31,793 nucleotides of DNA. It comes from Verrucomicrobiota bacterium (GTDB taxonomy: Bacteria; Verrucomicrobiota; Verrucomicrobiia; Opitutales; UBA953). The notes under the pieces are model-generated. The model saw only the letters and a program-made list of their open reading frames with translations. It made no database searches and was not told the DNA's origin. Made by a program: the position numbers and the translations under genes. Each line of letters begins with the position of its first letter. The first letter of the stretch is position 1. This document shows, piece after piece, positions 1 to 8,826 of the stretch. The DNA lies in contig RDYO01000005.1 in NCBI GenBank assembly GCA_004293385.1, forward strand, positions 1 through 31,793, in the 5' to 3' direction.

Positions 1-1096
1 GCGCCGGCGGCAGGCGCACGGCCTTGCGTATGTACGCGGGCACGTCGACGTCCTGGCCGTCGATGAACGTCATCGGCGTGCCGCCGAACAGGCCGCGGCG
101 CATCGATTCCTCCGTCGCGAACTCGAAGATCGGCTGCGCGGGGTCCTCGCCTTTGCCGCCCTTCTTCGTCTTGGCGGGGGGCTTGGGCGCGGGCAGCGAA
201 GCGCCGAGCACCGAGACTTCGATGCGGTCGCCGAGCGCGGGCTCGACGCGCGCGCAGAGGATCGTGGAGGTCTCGCCGCCGAAACGCGTGCGGACCGCGG
301 CGACCGCTTCGAAAGCCTCGGTCGAGGTCATCGCGGGGCCGCCGGCGACGTGCACGAAAAGCGAGGCCACCTTGGCGACGGCGCCGGGCGCGTGGGCCAG
401 CGGACATTCGATGGCGGCGCGCGCGGCCTTCATCGCGGCGCCTTCACCTTCGCCCACGCCGAAGGCGAAGAGCGTCGGCGAACCGGGCGTCGAGAGCAGC
501 GAGCGTAAGGAGGAAGGGTCGACGGCGATGAGCGCGCCGGGCGCGAACGCGCTGGCCAGACCGCGCAGGGCTCCGCCCACCCAGGCGTCGGCGGCGGCGA
601 AAGATTCCGACAACGGGGCGTCCGGCGCCACCTGCTGCAGGAGGAGGTCGTTGTGCACCACGACGAGTCCGTGGCACTTCTGGCCGATCTTGACGGCGGC
701 CTCGTTGGCCTGGCGCATCCGGCGTTCGCCTTCATGCGAGAAAGGCATCGTCGCGAAGGCGAGCACGGTGGCGCCCGTCTCGGCCGCGAAGCCGGCGCCG
801 CCGAGGCCGGTCACGAGGACGACGACCGGCACGCCGGTGAAGAGTCGACGCAGGGCCGGCTCCTCCGCTTCGGCGGAAGCCAGGCCGAGGGCGGCCTCGC
901 CGCCGGTACCCATCCCGCGCGTCTGCGCGCGGCCGAGCTGCAGGCTCGTGCCGGGTCCGCCGGCGGCCAAGGCGCGCGCGTCGGTGTCGAGCAGGGCCAC
1001 GGAGACCTCGGCGGGGAGCTGGGCCGAGAGCCGGGTGACCATGGCGCAGCCCGCGCCGCCGAGGCCGACCAGCAGGATGGAGGCGGGCGTGGCCAT
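1..1096 (-). CDS. ftsZ: Cell division protein FtsZ, divergent; stop codon lies beyond the window edge
   Basis: Hand translation from ATG 1096 is open to the window edge: MATPASILLVGLGGAG..DTDARAL..TRGMGTGG..TMPFSHEGERR..VHNDLL..RGLFGGTPMTFIDGQDVDVPAYIRKAVRLP. Last gene of the dcw cluster, 1 nt after the ftsA stop. Signature loop missing (see findings). Confidence 0.92.
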   Translation of the reverse strand, partial: MATPASILLVGLGGAGCAMVTRLSAQLPAEVSVALLDTDARALAAGGPGTSLQLGRAQTRGMGTGGEAALGLASAEAEEPALRRLFTGVPVVVLVTGLGGAGFAAETGATVLAFATMPFSHEGERRMRQANEAAVKIGQKCHGLVVVHNDLLLQQVAPDAPLSESFAAADAWVGGALRGLASAFAPGALIAVDPSSLRSLLSTPGSPTLFAFGVGEGEGAAMKAARAAIECPLAHAPGAVAKVASLFVHVAGGPAMTSTEAFEAVAAVRTRFGGETSTILCARVEPALGDRIEVSVLGASLPAPKPPAKTKKGGKGEDPAQPIFEFATEESMRRGLFGGTPMTFIDGQDVDVPAYIRKAVRLPPA

Positions 1097-1097
1097 C

Positions 1098-2333
1098 TTA
1101 GAGGCGGAAGAGCGCCTTGACCTGGGCGAGGAAGCCGCGGGGACGGACGACGGCCGGCGGGGCGTCGGCCAAGGCCGCGGTCATGAGGCCGACGACGCCC
1201 GCATACTCGGGCTTGCGCAGCGATTCGTTCTCGAAGTCAGGCACGCCGACGCGGGCCGAGACGCCCGTGACGAGCTGGACCGCCTCCGCCGCGTCGGCGA
1301 GGTTCGCCGAACCGCCGGTGAGGATCACGCCCGACGGGATCATGTTCTGGTCGAGGCGCACGGCGTGGCCGGGGAAGATCTGCTCGAGGCGACGGAGCAC
1401 GTCCTTGCGGACGAACTCGATCGTCTCCTGGTAGCGGAGCGAAAGCACCTGGGTGATCGTGCCGCGGTTGAACTGCTGGTCGCCCACGCCCTTGTCGCCG
1501 TCCTTCCAGATGGTCTGGTTGACGTCGGTCTCGCGGTGGAGCGCCGAGCCGAAGCGCTGCTTGAGGTCCTCGGCCGTCTCGCGGCTGATGCGCAGCGCGA
1601 CGCTGAGGTCGTTGGTGAGGTGCTCGCCGCCCACGGGGATCGAACCCGCGCAGAGGATGTGCTCCTTGTAGTAGAGGATCCAGTCGGTCGTGCCGGCGCC
1701 CATGTCGATGACGAGCACCCCGCCCTGCTTGTCCGCGTCGCTCGCCGTCGCGCAGGCGGCGGCGTGGGAGGCGAGGATGAAGTCGCGCACGCGGATGCTG
1801 AGGCCGTTGACCATGCCCACGCGCATGCGCATGTTGCCTTCTTCCATCGTCACGCGCCAGAAGTTCACCTCGAGGCGCTTGCCCGTCATGCCGACGGCGT
1901 TGCCGACCGCGCGGTTGTCCAGCATCGTCGGCTGGCGCATGTAGAGCAGCGTGCTGCGTCCCGCCGGCGGTTCCAGGCGCTTGGCCGAGGCGACCGCATC
2001 GGCCACGTCCTTGGCGGTGACCTTGCCGTCGTGCGCAGGCACGGCGATGAAGCCCTTCACGCGCTCGCCTTCGGCGGCCGGTCCGGACAACGAGAGATAG
2101 ACCTGTTCGACCGCGCGCCCGGAGCCGCGCTCGATGTCGTTCACGACCTCGTGCACGCAATGGGTGAGCTTCTCGAGGTCGGTGACGGTGCCTTTGACGA
2201 CGCCTTCGGTGCGGCGCTCGCTGAAGCTGAGCATGCGGGCCTTGCCGTCGATGACCTGTCCGAGGAGGCTGGCGGTCTTGTGCGTGCCGATGTCGATGAC
2301 GGCGATGAGGGATGGAAGGGGCTTAGGGGTCAT
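1098..2333 (-). CDS. ftsA: Cell division protein FtsA
   Basis: Actin-fold motifs IDIGTHK, IDMGAGTTD, PVGGEHLTNDL, ILTGGSANL; amphipathic C-terminal helix GFLAQVKALFRL; lies between ftsQ and ftsZ. Confidence 0.95.
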   Translation of the reverse strand: MTPKPLPSLIAVIDIGTHKTASLLGQVIDGKARMLSFSERRTEGVVKGTVTDLEKLTHCVHEVVNDIERGSGRAVEQVYLSLSGPAAEGERVKGFIAVPAHDGKVTAKDVADAVASAKRLEPPAGRSTLLYMRQPTMLDNRAVGNAVGMTGKRLEVNFWRVTMEEGNMRMRVGMVNGLSIRVRDFILASHAAACATASDADKQGGVLVIDMGAGTTDWILYYKEHILCAGSIPVGGEHLTNDLSVALRISRETAEDLKQRFGSALHRETDVNQTIWKDGDKGVGDQQFNRGTITQVLSLRYQETIEFVRKDVLRRLEQIFPGHAVRLDQNMIPSGVILTGGSANLADAAEAVQLVTGVSARVGVPDFENESLRKPEYAGVVGLMTAALADAPPAVVRPRGFLAQVKALFRL

Positions 2334-3319
2334 CGGAGAGGGAGGGCGGCGGGGGCGGTGACGGGGACGAGGCGAGGTTCAGGGACGGGCGAAGCGGCGT
2401 TGGTGCGGTTCTGGATGGACATCTTGAGCACGTAGGCCGGCGCGGTGGTGCCGGGCCGGCGCAGGAGTTCGTCGACGTTGATGCGGCCGAGCAGCGCGAG
2501 CTCGTTGCGCCAGTTGGCGGTGGAGAAGACGATCTCGACCAAGGCGGGGCGGTCCATCGGCTGGGTGCCGGGGCGGACGGTGACGCGGAGGTTCGAGCCA
2601 GGCGAATCCTCCTGCGCGCCGAAGCAGTCGCGCAGCGAGAGGGCCGACCACTGCTTGTAGAGCTGCGGATAGCTCGTGCGCACGGTCAGCAGGAAGGGCG
2701 CGGCGACCTCGATGCCGTCGATGAGCAGGTCGTCATCCGTCCCGGTCGAACGGAAATGCTGGATCTCCGGCAGGTTGCGGACCGCCTGTTCGGGGTAACC
2801 GACGCCGGCGAAGGTCTGGCCGTCGGCCGCGACGAGACGCACCTGCATCGCGGCGTTCTTCTCGGCGAGGCTCACGATCTTGGCGACGGCGAGCCGCTCG
2901 CGCAGGGTGATCTCGAGCGTGCCGTCGCCGCGGCGGCGCACGTCGGCCGCGACGACCTGGTTGTCGGCCTCGAGCTCGGCCTTGATGGAACGGACGTCAC
3001 GCGCGAAGCCTTCGGGACCCGCGGCGACGACCTTCTTCACGAAGGCTTCGGAAAGGAAACCGTCCGTCTGGAAGCGCAGCTTGCCGGCGGGAGCGCCGGC
3101 CGCGGACTCGTCGACGGCCCACCAGAGCAGCGTGACGAGCACGCCGAGGAAGAGCGCCGCGGCGACGGTCGGGAGCTTGGAGCGCACGACGCGCTTGCGG
3201 CCGAGTTCGCCGGCGGGCACGCGCTGGACGTCCTGCGGCACGAGGGCGCGCCAGTCACGGTCGGCCTGCCCGCGGAAAGCGTCGCGGCGGCGGCCGAACA
3301 AAGAATCGAAGAGGCCCAT
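2330..3319 (-). CDS. ftsQ: FtsQ/DivIB-like bitopic cell division protein (POTRA-like domain), divergent
   Basis: Basic N-terminus, one TM (VAAALFLGVLVTLLWWAV), POTRA-like segment (IKAELEADNQVVAADVRRRGDGTLEITLRER..A); sits between ddl and ftsA. Confidence 0.75.
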   Translation of the reverse strand: MGLFDSLFGRRRDAFRGQADRDWRALVPQDVQRVPAGELGRKRVVRSKLPTVAAALFLGVLVTLLWWAVDESAAGAPAGKLRFQTDGFLSEAFVKKVVAAGPEGFARDVRSIKAELEADNQVVAADVRRRGDGTLEITLRERLAVAKIVSLAEKNAAMQVRLVAADGQTFAGVGYPEQAVRNLPEIQHFRSTGTDDDLLIDGIEVAAPFLLTVRTSYPQLYKQWSALSLRDCFGAQEDSPGSNLRVTVRPGTQPMDRPALVEIVFSTANWRNELALLGRINVDELLRRPGTTAPAYVLKMSIQNRTNAASPVPEPRLVPVTAPAALPLR

Positions 3320-3321
3320 GG

Positions 3322-4245
3322 TCAGCGTTGGTCGGTGTGCGCGGCGCGCGCGAGGGCCGGGGCGGCCATGCGGCGCACGAGCGCGGGGAAATCGAGCCCG
3401 ACGCAGGAAGCGCTCTTGGGCATCAGGCTGGTGGCGGTCATGCCGGGCATCGTGTTGATCTCGAGGAAATAGAAGCGGCCGTCCGGCTCAAGGAAGACAT
3501 CCGCGCGGGCGAAGTCCCGGCAGCCGCAGGCGGCGAAGAGCCGCGCGGCGGCCTCGCCGATGGCGGCGGTGAGCTCGGCGGGGATCGGCGCGGGGAAGAG
3601 ATACTCCGAGGCGCCCTTGGTGTACTTGGTCTGGTAATCGTAGACCCCGGTGAGCGGGACGATCTCGACGAGGCCCATGGGGCGCCCGTCCAGCAGGCCG
3701 ATCGACATCTCGCGACCACGGAGGCGGCGCTCGGCCATCCACTGGCCGGCGGCGGGGATCTCAGCCAGGGCCTTGGCCACGGCGGCTTCCCCTTCCAGCA
3801 TGTAGAGACCGACGCTGCTGCCCTGGTCGGAGGGCTTGATCACCAGATGTTCGCCTAAGGCGGCCACGAGCGCGGCGGCCGTCGGCTTGGCGGCCCCCGC
3901 GAAGGCGACCTCAGGGATGGCCGGGACGCCGGCGGCGCGCATGGCCTGCTTGGTCGCGACCTTGTCCATGCAGAGCCGGTTGGCGGCCGAAGCGCACCCG
4001 GCGAAGGCGACCCCGCGGGCTTCGAGTTCGGCTTGGGCGCGGCCGTCCTCGCCCCAACCACCGTGCAGGACCGGGAAGACCACGTGCTGGGCGGCATCGA
4101 GCCAATCGGGCAAGGCGTCGGCCGTCAGTTCGACGAGCCGGGCGCCGGGCAGGACTTCGGCCACGGCTTTGCCGGAACGGAGCGAGACCTCGCGTTCGGA
4201 GGAAAGACCTCCGCAGAGGACGATGATCTGCAGGGCGTCGCTCAT
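3322..4245 (-). CDS. ddl: D-alanine--D-alanine ligase
   Basis: VLCGGLSSEREVSL, HGGWGEDG, IKPSDQGSSVG, YDYQTKY, EINTMPGMT..SL.PKSA. Start set at ATG 4245 (ATGA overlap with the murC/B stop). Confidence 0.96.
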   Translation of the reverse strand: MSDALQIIVLCGGLSSEREVSLRSGKAVAEVLPGARLVELTADALPDWLDAAQHVVFPVLHGGWGEDGRAQAELEARGVAFAGCASAANRLCMDKVATKQAMRAAGVPAIPEVAFAGAAKPTAAALVAALGEHLVIKPSDQGSSVGLYMLEGEAAVAKALAEIPAAGQWMAERRLRGREMSIGLLDGRPMGLVEIVPLTGVYDYQTKYTKGASEYLFPAPIPAELTAAIGEAAARLFAACGCRDFARADVFLEPDGRFYFLEINTMPGMTATSLMPKSASCVGLDFPALVRRMAAPALARAAHTDQR

Positions 4246-6518
4246 AGGAGTTCCTTCCATTCGCGGCCGAGCGCGACGATCTCCGGCTGGAGCTCGACGC
4301 CCTGGCGGGCCTTCACCTCGGCGCGGACCGTCCGCATGAGCGCGAGGAAGTCCGCGGCCTTGGCGTCGCCGGCGTTGACGAGGAAGTTGGCGTGGGTCGG
4401 CGAGACCGAGACGGGGCCGACGGCGCGGCCTTTGAGCCCGCTGAGGTCGATGAGCCGGCCGGCCTTGTCGCCTTCGGGATTACGGAAGACGCAACCGGCG
4501 CTCGCCTCGCGCGGCTGCGAGGCGCGGCGGCGCGCGGCCAGTTCGTCCATGCGGCCACGGATGGCGGCAGGATCGTCGGCCGTAGGCGAACGCAGGACGG
4601 CGGAGAGGACGACGGCGCCGTGCAGCTGGGGGCAATCGCGGTAGAGGGCGTCGAAACAGTCGCGACGCGCGGCGCGCACGCGGCCCTGCGGGGTGAGCCA
4701 CTCGATGGATTCGACGACGTCGAAGATCCAGCCGCCCATCGCGCCGGCGTTCATGCGCAAGGAACCGCCGACGGTGCCGGGGATGCCTTCGAGGAATTCG
4801 AAGCCGGTGCGGCCTGCGCGCGCGGCCACGCCGCACAGTTCCTTGAGGCGGGTGCCGCCGCCGACGCGGAAACGGCCTTCGCCGAGATCGGTCACGGCGC
4901 CCCAGCGGGCGGCGTCGAGATGCAGGATCAGGCCGTCGTAACCTTCGTCAGGCACGAGGAGATTGGAACCACGGCCGAGCACGAACCAGCGGAGGTCGAG
5001 TTCGGCCGCCGCCCGCAGGAGCGTGACGAGGTCGTCGACCGATGCGGGTTCGGCATACCAGCGGGCCGCGCCGCCGAGGCCCAGCGTGGTGCGACGGGCG
5101 AGCGGCTCATTGGCGCGGAGGACGCAATCGGCGGACAGGCGGCCGGCGACGAGGTCGGGGAGGTCGGCGGTCAGCACGCCTTCGCCGCGACGACGCAGCA
5201 CTTTGGCGTAAGCCTCGGCGTCGCGCTCGATGTCGCCCGCGCCCACGAAAGCCACCACGGTGTCGGCGCCCTCGGCGAGAGCGTCGAGCAAGGCCGGCAG
5301 CGCGCGGCGGTCCTCGACGAGACGGTGCGCGGAACCGGCGACGATCGCGTCCGAACCGCCGCCTTCGACGGCGGCTTCGCCGGCGGAATAGACCGGCAGC
5401 ACGAGCGCCTGGTCGGCGACGGCGAGCGCGTCGCGGAATTCGCGGGCATACTGGCGCGTGCGGGTGTGGCGATGCGGCTGGAAGACGACGAGCAGCCGTC
5501 CGGCGTGCGTCTCGCGCACCCACTGGAGGAGCGCCGCGATCTCCGTCGGATGGTGGGCGTAGTCGGCGAGCACGCGCAGGCCGGTGCGTTCGAAGAGGAC
5601 GTCCTGCCGGCGGCGGATGCCGCGCCAGCGGGCGAGCGGTTCGGCGACGAGCCCGCCCGTGATGAAGTGCGTGACCGCGAGCGCCAGCGCGGCGTTGGAG
5701 CGATTGAAGGTGCCCGCGACGGGAAGGTTGAACTGACCCGCGGGGAAACGTCCGCCGAGCGCCACGACCGACGAGGAATGACCGCCCTGCACGAGCCGGC
5801 AGGAGTAGTCGCCTTCGTCGCCGACGCGGATGACCGGCACCTTGAGTCCGGCGACGAGGCGCTCGAGGCGCTCGTTGCCGACGGGGATCACGACGGCGGA
5901 ACGGGTACGTTCGAAGAGCGCCCGGAAGACGGCTTCGAGCGCGGCTTCGTCACGGTAATAATCGGGATGATCCCAGTCGAGGTTCACCGCCACGGTGACG
6001 TCGGGCGAGAACGCGCCGATCGTGCCGTCGCTCTCGTCGACCTCCGCGACGACCCAGGGCGAAGCCGCCGAGGCGCGCGCGGGCGGGAACGTCGGGTCGC
6101 GGAAGAGCCCGCCGAGCACGTAGCCGAAGTCGGCGCCCGCGCTGGCGAGCGCGGCGACGAGCAGGCCGCAGGTGGTGGTCTTGCCGTGGCTGCCGCACAC
6201 GGCGACGAAGCGGCGCCCGGCGACGGCTTCGGCGAGGAGTTCGCCGCGACGCAAGGTGCGCACGCCATGGCCTTCGGCGAGCGCGAGCGCGGGGTGGCCG
6301 GGCTTCACCGCGCTGGAACGGCCGACGACGGTCGGACGACGGCCCGCGGCCCAGGGATCGCGCAGGAGCGGGACTTCGCCGTTGGCGAGCTGGAGTTCCA
6401 TCGGGCTGCCGGTCGAGTCATCCCAGCCCGAGACTTCCCAGCCGTCGCCTTTCAGGTAGAGCGCGAGCGGGCCGACGCCCATGCCGCACGCCCCGAGCAT
6501 CCAGGCGGAACCGCTCAT
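4242..6518 (-). CDS. murC/murB: MurC-MurB fusion (UDP-MurNAc:L-Ala ligase / UDP-GlcNAc-enolpyruvate reductase)
   Basis: N-terminal MurC motifs GSHGKTTT, EVDESDG, DHPDYY, DYAHHPTEI, FQPHRHTRT, then in the same frame MurB motifs TTLGLGG, GRGSNLL, GIPGTVGG..MNAGA, SAGCVFRNP, HANF. Start at ATG 6518 (ATGA overlap). Confidence 0.94.
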   Translation of the reverse strand: MSGSAWMLGACGMGVGPLALYLKGDGWEVSGWDDSTGSPMELQLANGEVPLLRDPWAAGRRPTVVGRSSAVKPGHPALALAEGHGVRTLRRGELLAEAVAGRRFVAVCGSHGKTTTCGLLVAALASAGADFGYVLGGLFRDPTFPPARASAASPWVVAEVDESDGTIGAFSPDVTVAVNLDWDHPDYYRDEAALEAVFRALFERTRSAVVIPVGNERLERLVAGLKVPVIRVGDEGDYSCRLVQGGHSSSVVALGGRFPAGQFNLPVAGTFNRSNAALALAVTHFITGGLVAEPLARWRGIRRRQDVLFERTGLRVLADYAHHPTEIAALLQWVRETHAGRLLVVFQPHRHTRTRQYAREFRDALAVADQALVLPVYSAGEAAVEGGGSDAIVAGSAHRLVEDRRALPALLDALAEGADTVVAFVGAGDIERDAEAYAKVLRRRGEGVLTADLPDLVAGRLSADCVLRANEPLARRTTLGLGGAARWYAEPASVDDLVTLLRAAAELDLRWFVLGRGSNLLVPDEGYDGLILHLDAARWGAVTDLGEGRFRVGGGTRLKELCGVAARAGRTGFEFLEGIPGTVGGSLRMNAGAMGGWIFDVVESIEWLTPQGRVRAARRDCFDALYRDCPQLHGAVVLSAVLRSPTADDPAAIRGRMDELAARRRASQPREASAGCVFRNPEGDKAGRLIDLSGLKGRAVGPVSVSPTHANFLVNAGDAKAADFLALMRTVRAEVKARQGVELQPEIVALGREWKELL

Positions 6519-7594
6519 GCGGGGGCGCCGCCGGCGAGGGCGACGGTCTCCGTGGCGAGGGCTTCCCAACGATTGGCCGCGTCGGCCAGCGCGAGCGCGT
6601 CGCGCATGGCGGCGAGCGCCGCGTTGTCATGAAGGCGGCCGAAGACGAGTTCGGCGAGGCGATCCAGCTCCGCCTCGGGCAGGAGGAGCGCGGCGCCGGT
6701 CCGCGCGCTCTCGCGGGCGTTGGCCGTCTGGTGGTCGTCGGCCGCGGACGGCAGCGGGATGAGGACGGCGGGCGTCCGGCAGGTCGCGAGTTCGGCGAGC
6801 GTGCCCGCGCCGGCGCGCGCGACGGCGAGGTCGGCGGCGGAATAGGCCGCCGCCATCTGATGGCAGAACGGGAGGAACTTCACCACGGACTGAGGCGTCC
6901 GGACCTCGTCCTCGCGGCCGCCGGGGCCGGTGAGGCAGAGCACGTGCACGCCGCGCTCGGCGAAATCCGCGAGATGGGCTTCGACCCAGCGGTTGAGCCG
7001 CGCGGCGCCTTGGCTGCCGCCGACGACGAGCACGAGGCGACCGGCGGGCGGCAGGCCGAGCGCGCGACGCGCGGCCTCGCGGGCTTCGGGACGGATCTCG
7101 GCGCGCACGGGATAACCGGAATCATGCTGTCGGTCCGCGGCGACGCCCGGCAGGCGGACGCCCGCGGGCAGATGGACCGACGTCGCGAAACGCGCGATCA
7201 GCCGCACGGCCTTGCCGGGGTGGCGGTTCGCCTCATGCACGAGGACAGGCACGCCGGCGAGGCGGCACGCGATCGCGGGAGCGAGGCTCATGAAGCCGCC
7301 GAAACAGACGAGCACCGACGGACGGAACTCCCGCAGCAGGCGCCACGAAGACCAGACGGCGCCGAGGAGCGCGGGAAAGAAGAGCAGGCGGCCGACGAGG
7401 CCCGGGCCGAAGCCGCGACCCTTGCCCGGCACGAAGCAGAGGCGCGGGTAATGCGCGGTCATGCGCGCGTCGACGGCCTTGCGGCTGACGATCAGCCGGC
7501 ATTCATGACCTTCCTCGGTGAGCCGCTGGGCGAGGGCGATGCCGGGCGCGAGATGGCCGCCGGTACCGCCGCAGGCGAGCAGCACGCGGCTCAT
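6515..7594 (-). CDS. murG: Lipid I N-acetylglucosaminyltransferase MurG
   Basis: GGTGGHLAPG, HEAN..PGKA.R, GGSQGA, ARAGAGT.AEL, HQTANA. Start at ATG 7594 (ATGA overlap with the ftsW stop). Confidence 0.96.
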   Translation of the reverse strand: MSRVLLACGGTGGHLAPGIALAQRLTEEGHECRLIVSRKAVDARMTAHYPRLCFVPGKGRGFGPGLVGRLLFFPALLGAVWSSWRLLREFRPSVLVCFGGFMSLAPAIACRLAGVPVLVHEANRHPGKAVRLIARFATSVHLPAGVRLPGVAADRQHDSGYPVRAEIRPEAREAARRALGLPPAGRLVLVVGGSQGAARLNRWVEAHLADFAERGVHVLCLTGPGGREDEVRTPQSVVKFLPFCHQMAAAYSAADLAVARAGAGTLAELATCRTPAVLIPLPSAADDHQTANARESARTGAALLLPEAELDRLAELVFGRLHDNAALAAMRDALALADAANRWEALATETVALAGGAPA

Positions 7595-8805
7595 GCGCGC
7601 GCCTCCTTCGGCTCGAAGGCCGGCTGGCCCGAGGCGCGGACGCAGTTGAGGATCAGGCCCACCATGCAGGCCATGATCACGAGATTGGTGCCGCCGTAGC
7701 TGATGAACGGGAGCGAGATGCCCTTGGTCGGCAGCAGGCCGGTCACGACGCCCATGTTGATGAGCGCCTGGAAGACGAGGAAGAGCGTGGCGCCGAGGCA
7801 GACGTTGAAACGATAGAGGTCGGCGGTGTGGCGCATCGCGCGGTAGGCGCACCAGAAGATGCCGAGGTACGCCAGCGCCACGAGCGTCGTGGCGGCGAGC
7901 CCGTACTCTTCGCCGATGACGGAGAAGACGAAGTCGGTGTGGGCCTCCGGGAGGTAGGCGCGGCCCTGCAGGCCGTTCGCGGCGCCCTTCCCCGTCAGGC
8001 CGCCGACGCCGAAGGCCACCATGCCTTCGAAGAGCTGATAGGCTTCGTCACCGCGCTTCTCCCAGGGCTCGAGGAACGAGGTGAAGCGACGCAGGCGGTT
8101 GGGCCAGTTGAGGATCAGGACGGTGAGGCCGCCGAGGCCGATCAGGAAGCTCGGGATCACGTAGGCCCAGCGGACGCCGGAGACCAGCATCATCACGCCG
8201 CCCACGGCGCAGCAGAGCAGGATCGTGCCGAGGTCGGGACCGAAGGCGATGCAGGCGGCGATGCCGAGCAGGACGCCGACCGGCTTGACGAAGCCTTCGC
8301 GGCAGTCGATCCAGCCGCGGTCCGTGAAGATGAACGGCTTGCGGTCGCGCAGCCGGTAGAGCGGGAACTTGTTCGGCAAGGTATGCCGCTGCATGACCGC
8401 GAGGAAGTGCGAGAGCACGATGACCAGGGCGAGCTTGCCGAGGTCCGACGCCTGCAGGCGGAAGAAGCCGAAGTCGATCCAGCGCCAGGAGCCGTTGACC
8501 GAGACGCCGACGCCGGGCACGCGCGCGAGGACCATCAGGCCGCACGCGATCCAGAGGATCGGCACGCGCCAGGCGCGGGCCATGTCGAGGTCGAGCCGGA
8601 AGAACGCGAAGCCGGCGATGAACGCGACCGGGACGTAGGCCAGCTGGCGGTAGAAGGCGGCGGTACGGTTGCTCGCCGAGAGCGAGATACCGGCGCTGTA
8701 CTGCACCATCAGGCCGAACAACGCCAAGGTCACCGCGAGCACGAAGATGCCGAGGGCGTACCCACCCAGGGCGCCCGGCTCCTCCTGCTTGACCTTGATG
8801 ACCAT
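7591..8805 (-). CDS. ftsW: SEDS peptidoglycan polymerase FtsW
   Basis: Polytopic; NGSWRWI....RLQASDLGK, PDLGT, PEAHTDFVFSVIGEEYG, LLPTKGISLPFISYGGT. Confidence 0.95.
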   Translation of the reverse strand: MVIKVKQEEPGALGGYALGIFVLAVTLALFGLMVQYSAGISLSASNRTAAFYRQLAYVPVAFIAGFAFFRLDLDMARAWRVPILWIACGLMVLARVPGVGVSVNGSWRWIDFGFFRLQASDLGKLALVIVLSHFLAVMQRHTLPNKFPLYRLRDRKPFIFTDRGWIDCREGFVKPVGVLLGIAACIAFGPDLGTILLCCAVGGVMMLVSGVRWAYVIPSFLIGLGGLTVLILNWPNRLRRFTSFLEPWEKRGDEAYQLFEGMVAFGVGGLTGKGAANGLQGRAYLPEAHTDFVFSVIGEEYGLAATTLVALAYLGIFWCAYRAMRHTADLYRFNVCLGATLFLVFQALINMGVVTGLLPTKGISLPFISYGGTNLVIMACMVGLILNCVRASGQPAFEPKEARA

Positions 8806-8826
8806 GGCGTGCGACGGCGCGAGGGC

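Noticed and set aside
1-1096. ftsZ as a frameshifted pseudogene
   Set aside because: The frame was checked at 1096, 820-788, 529-506 and 28-2 and is continuous, with the conserved C-terminal peptide in frame.
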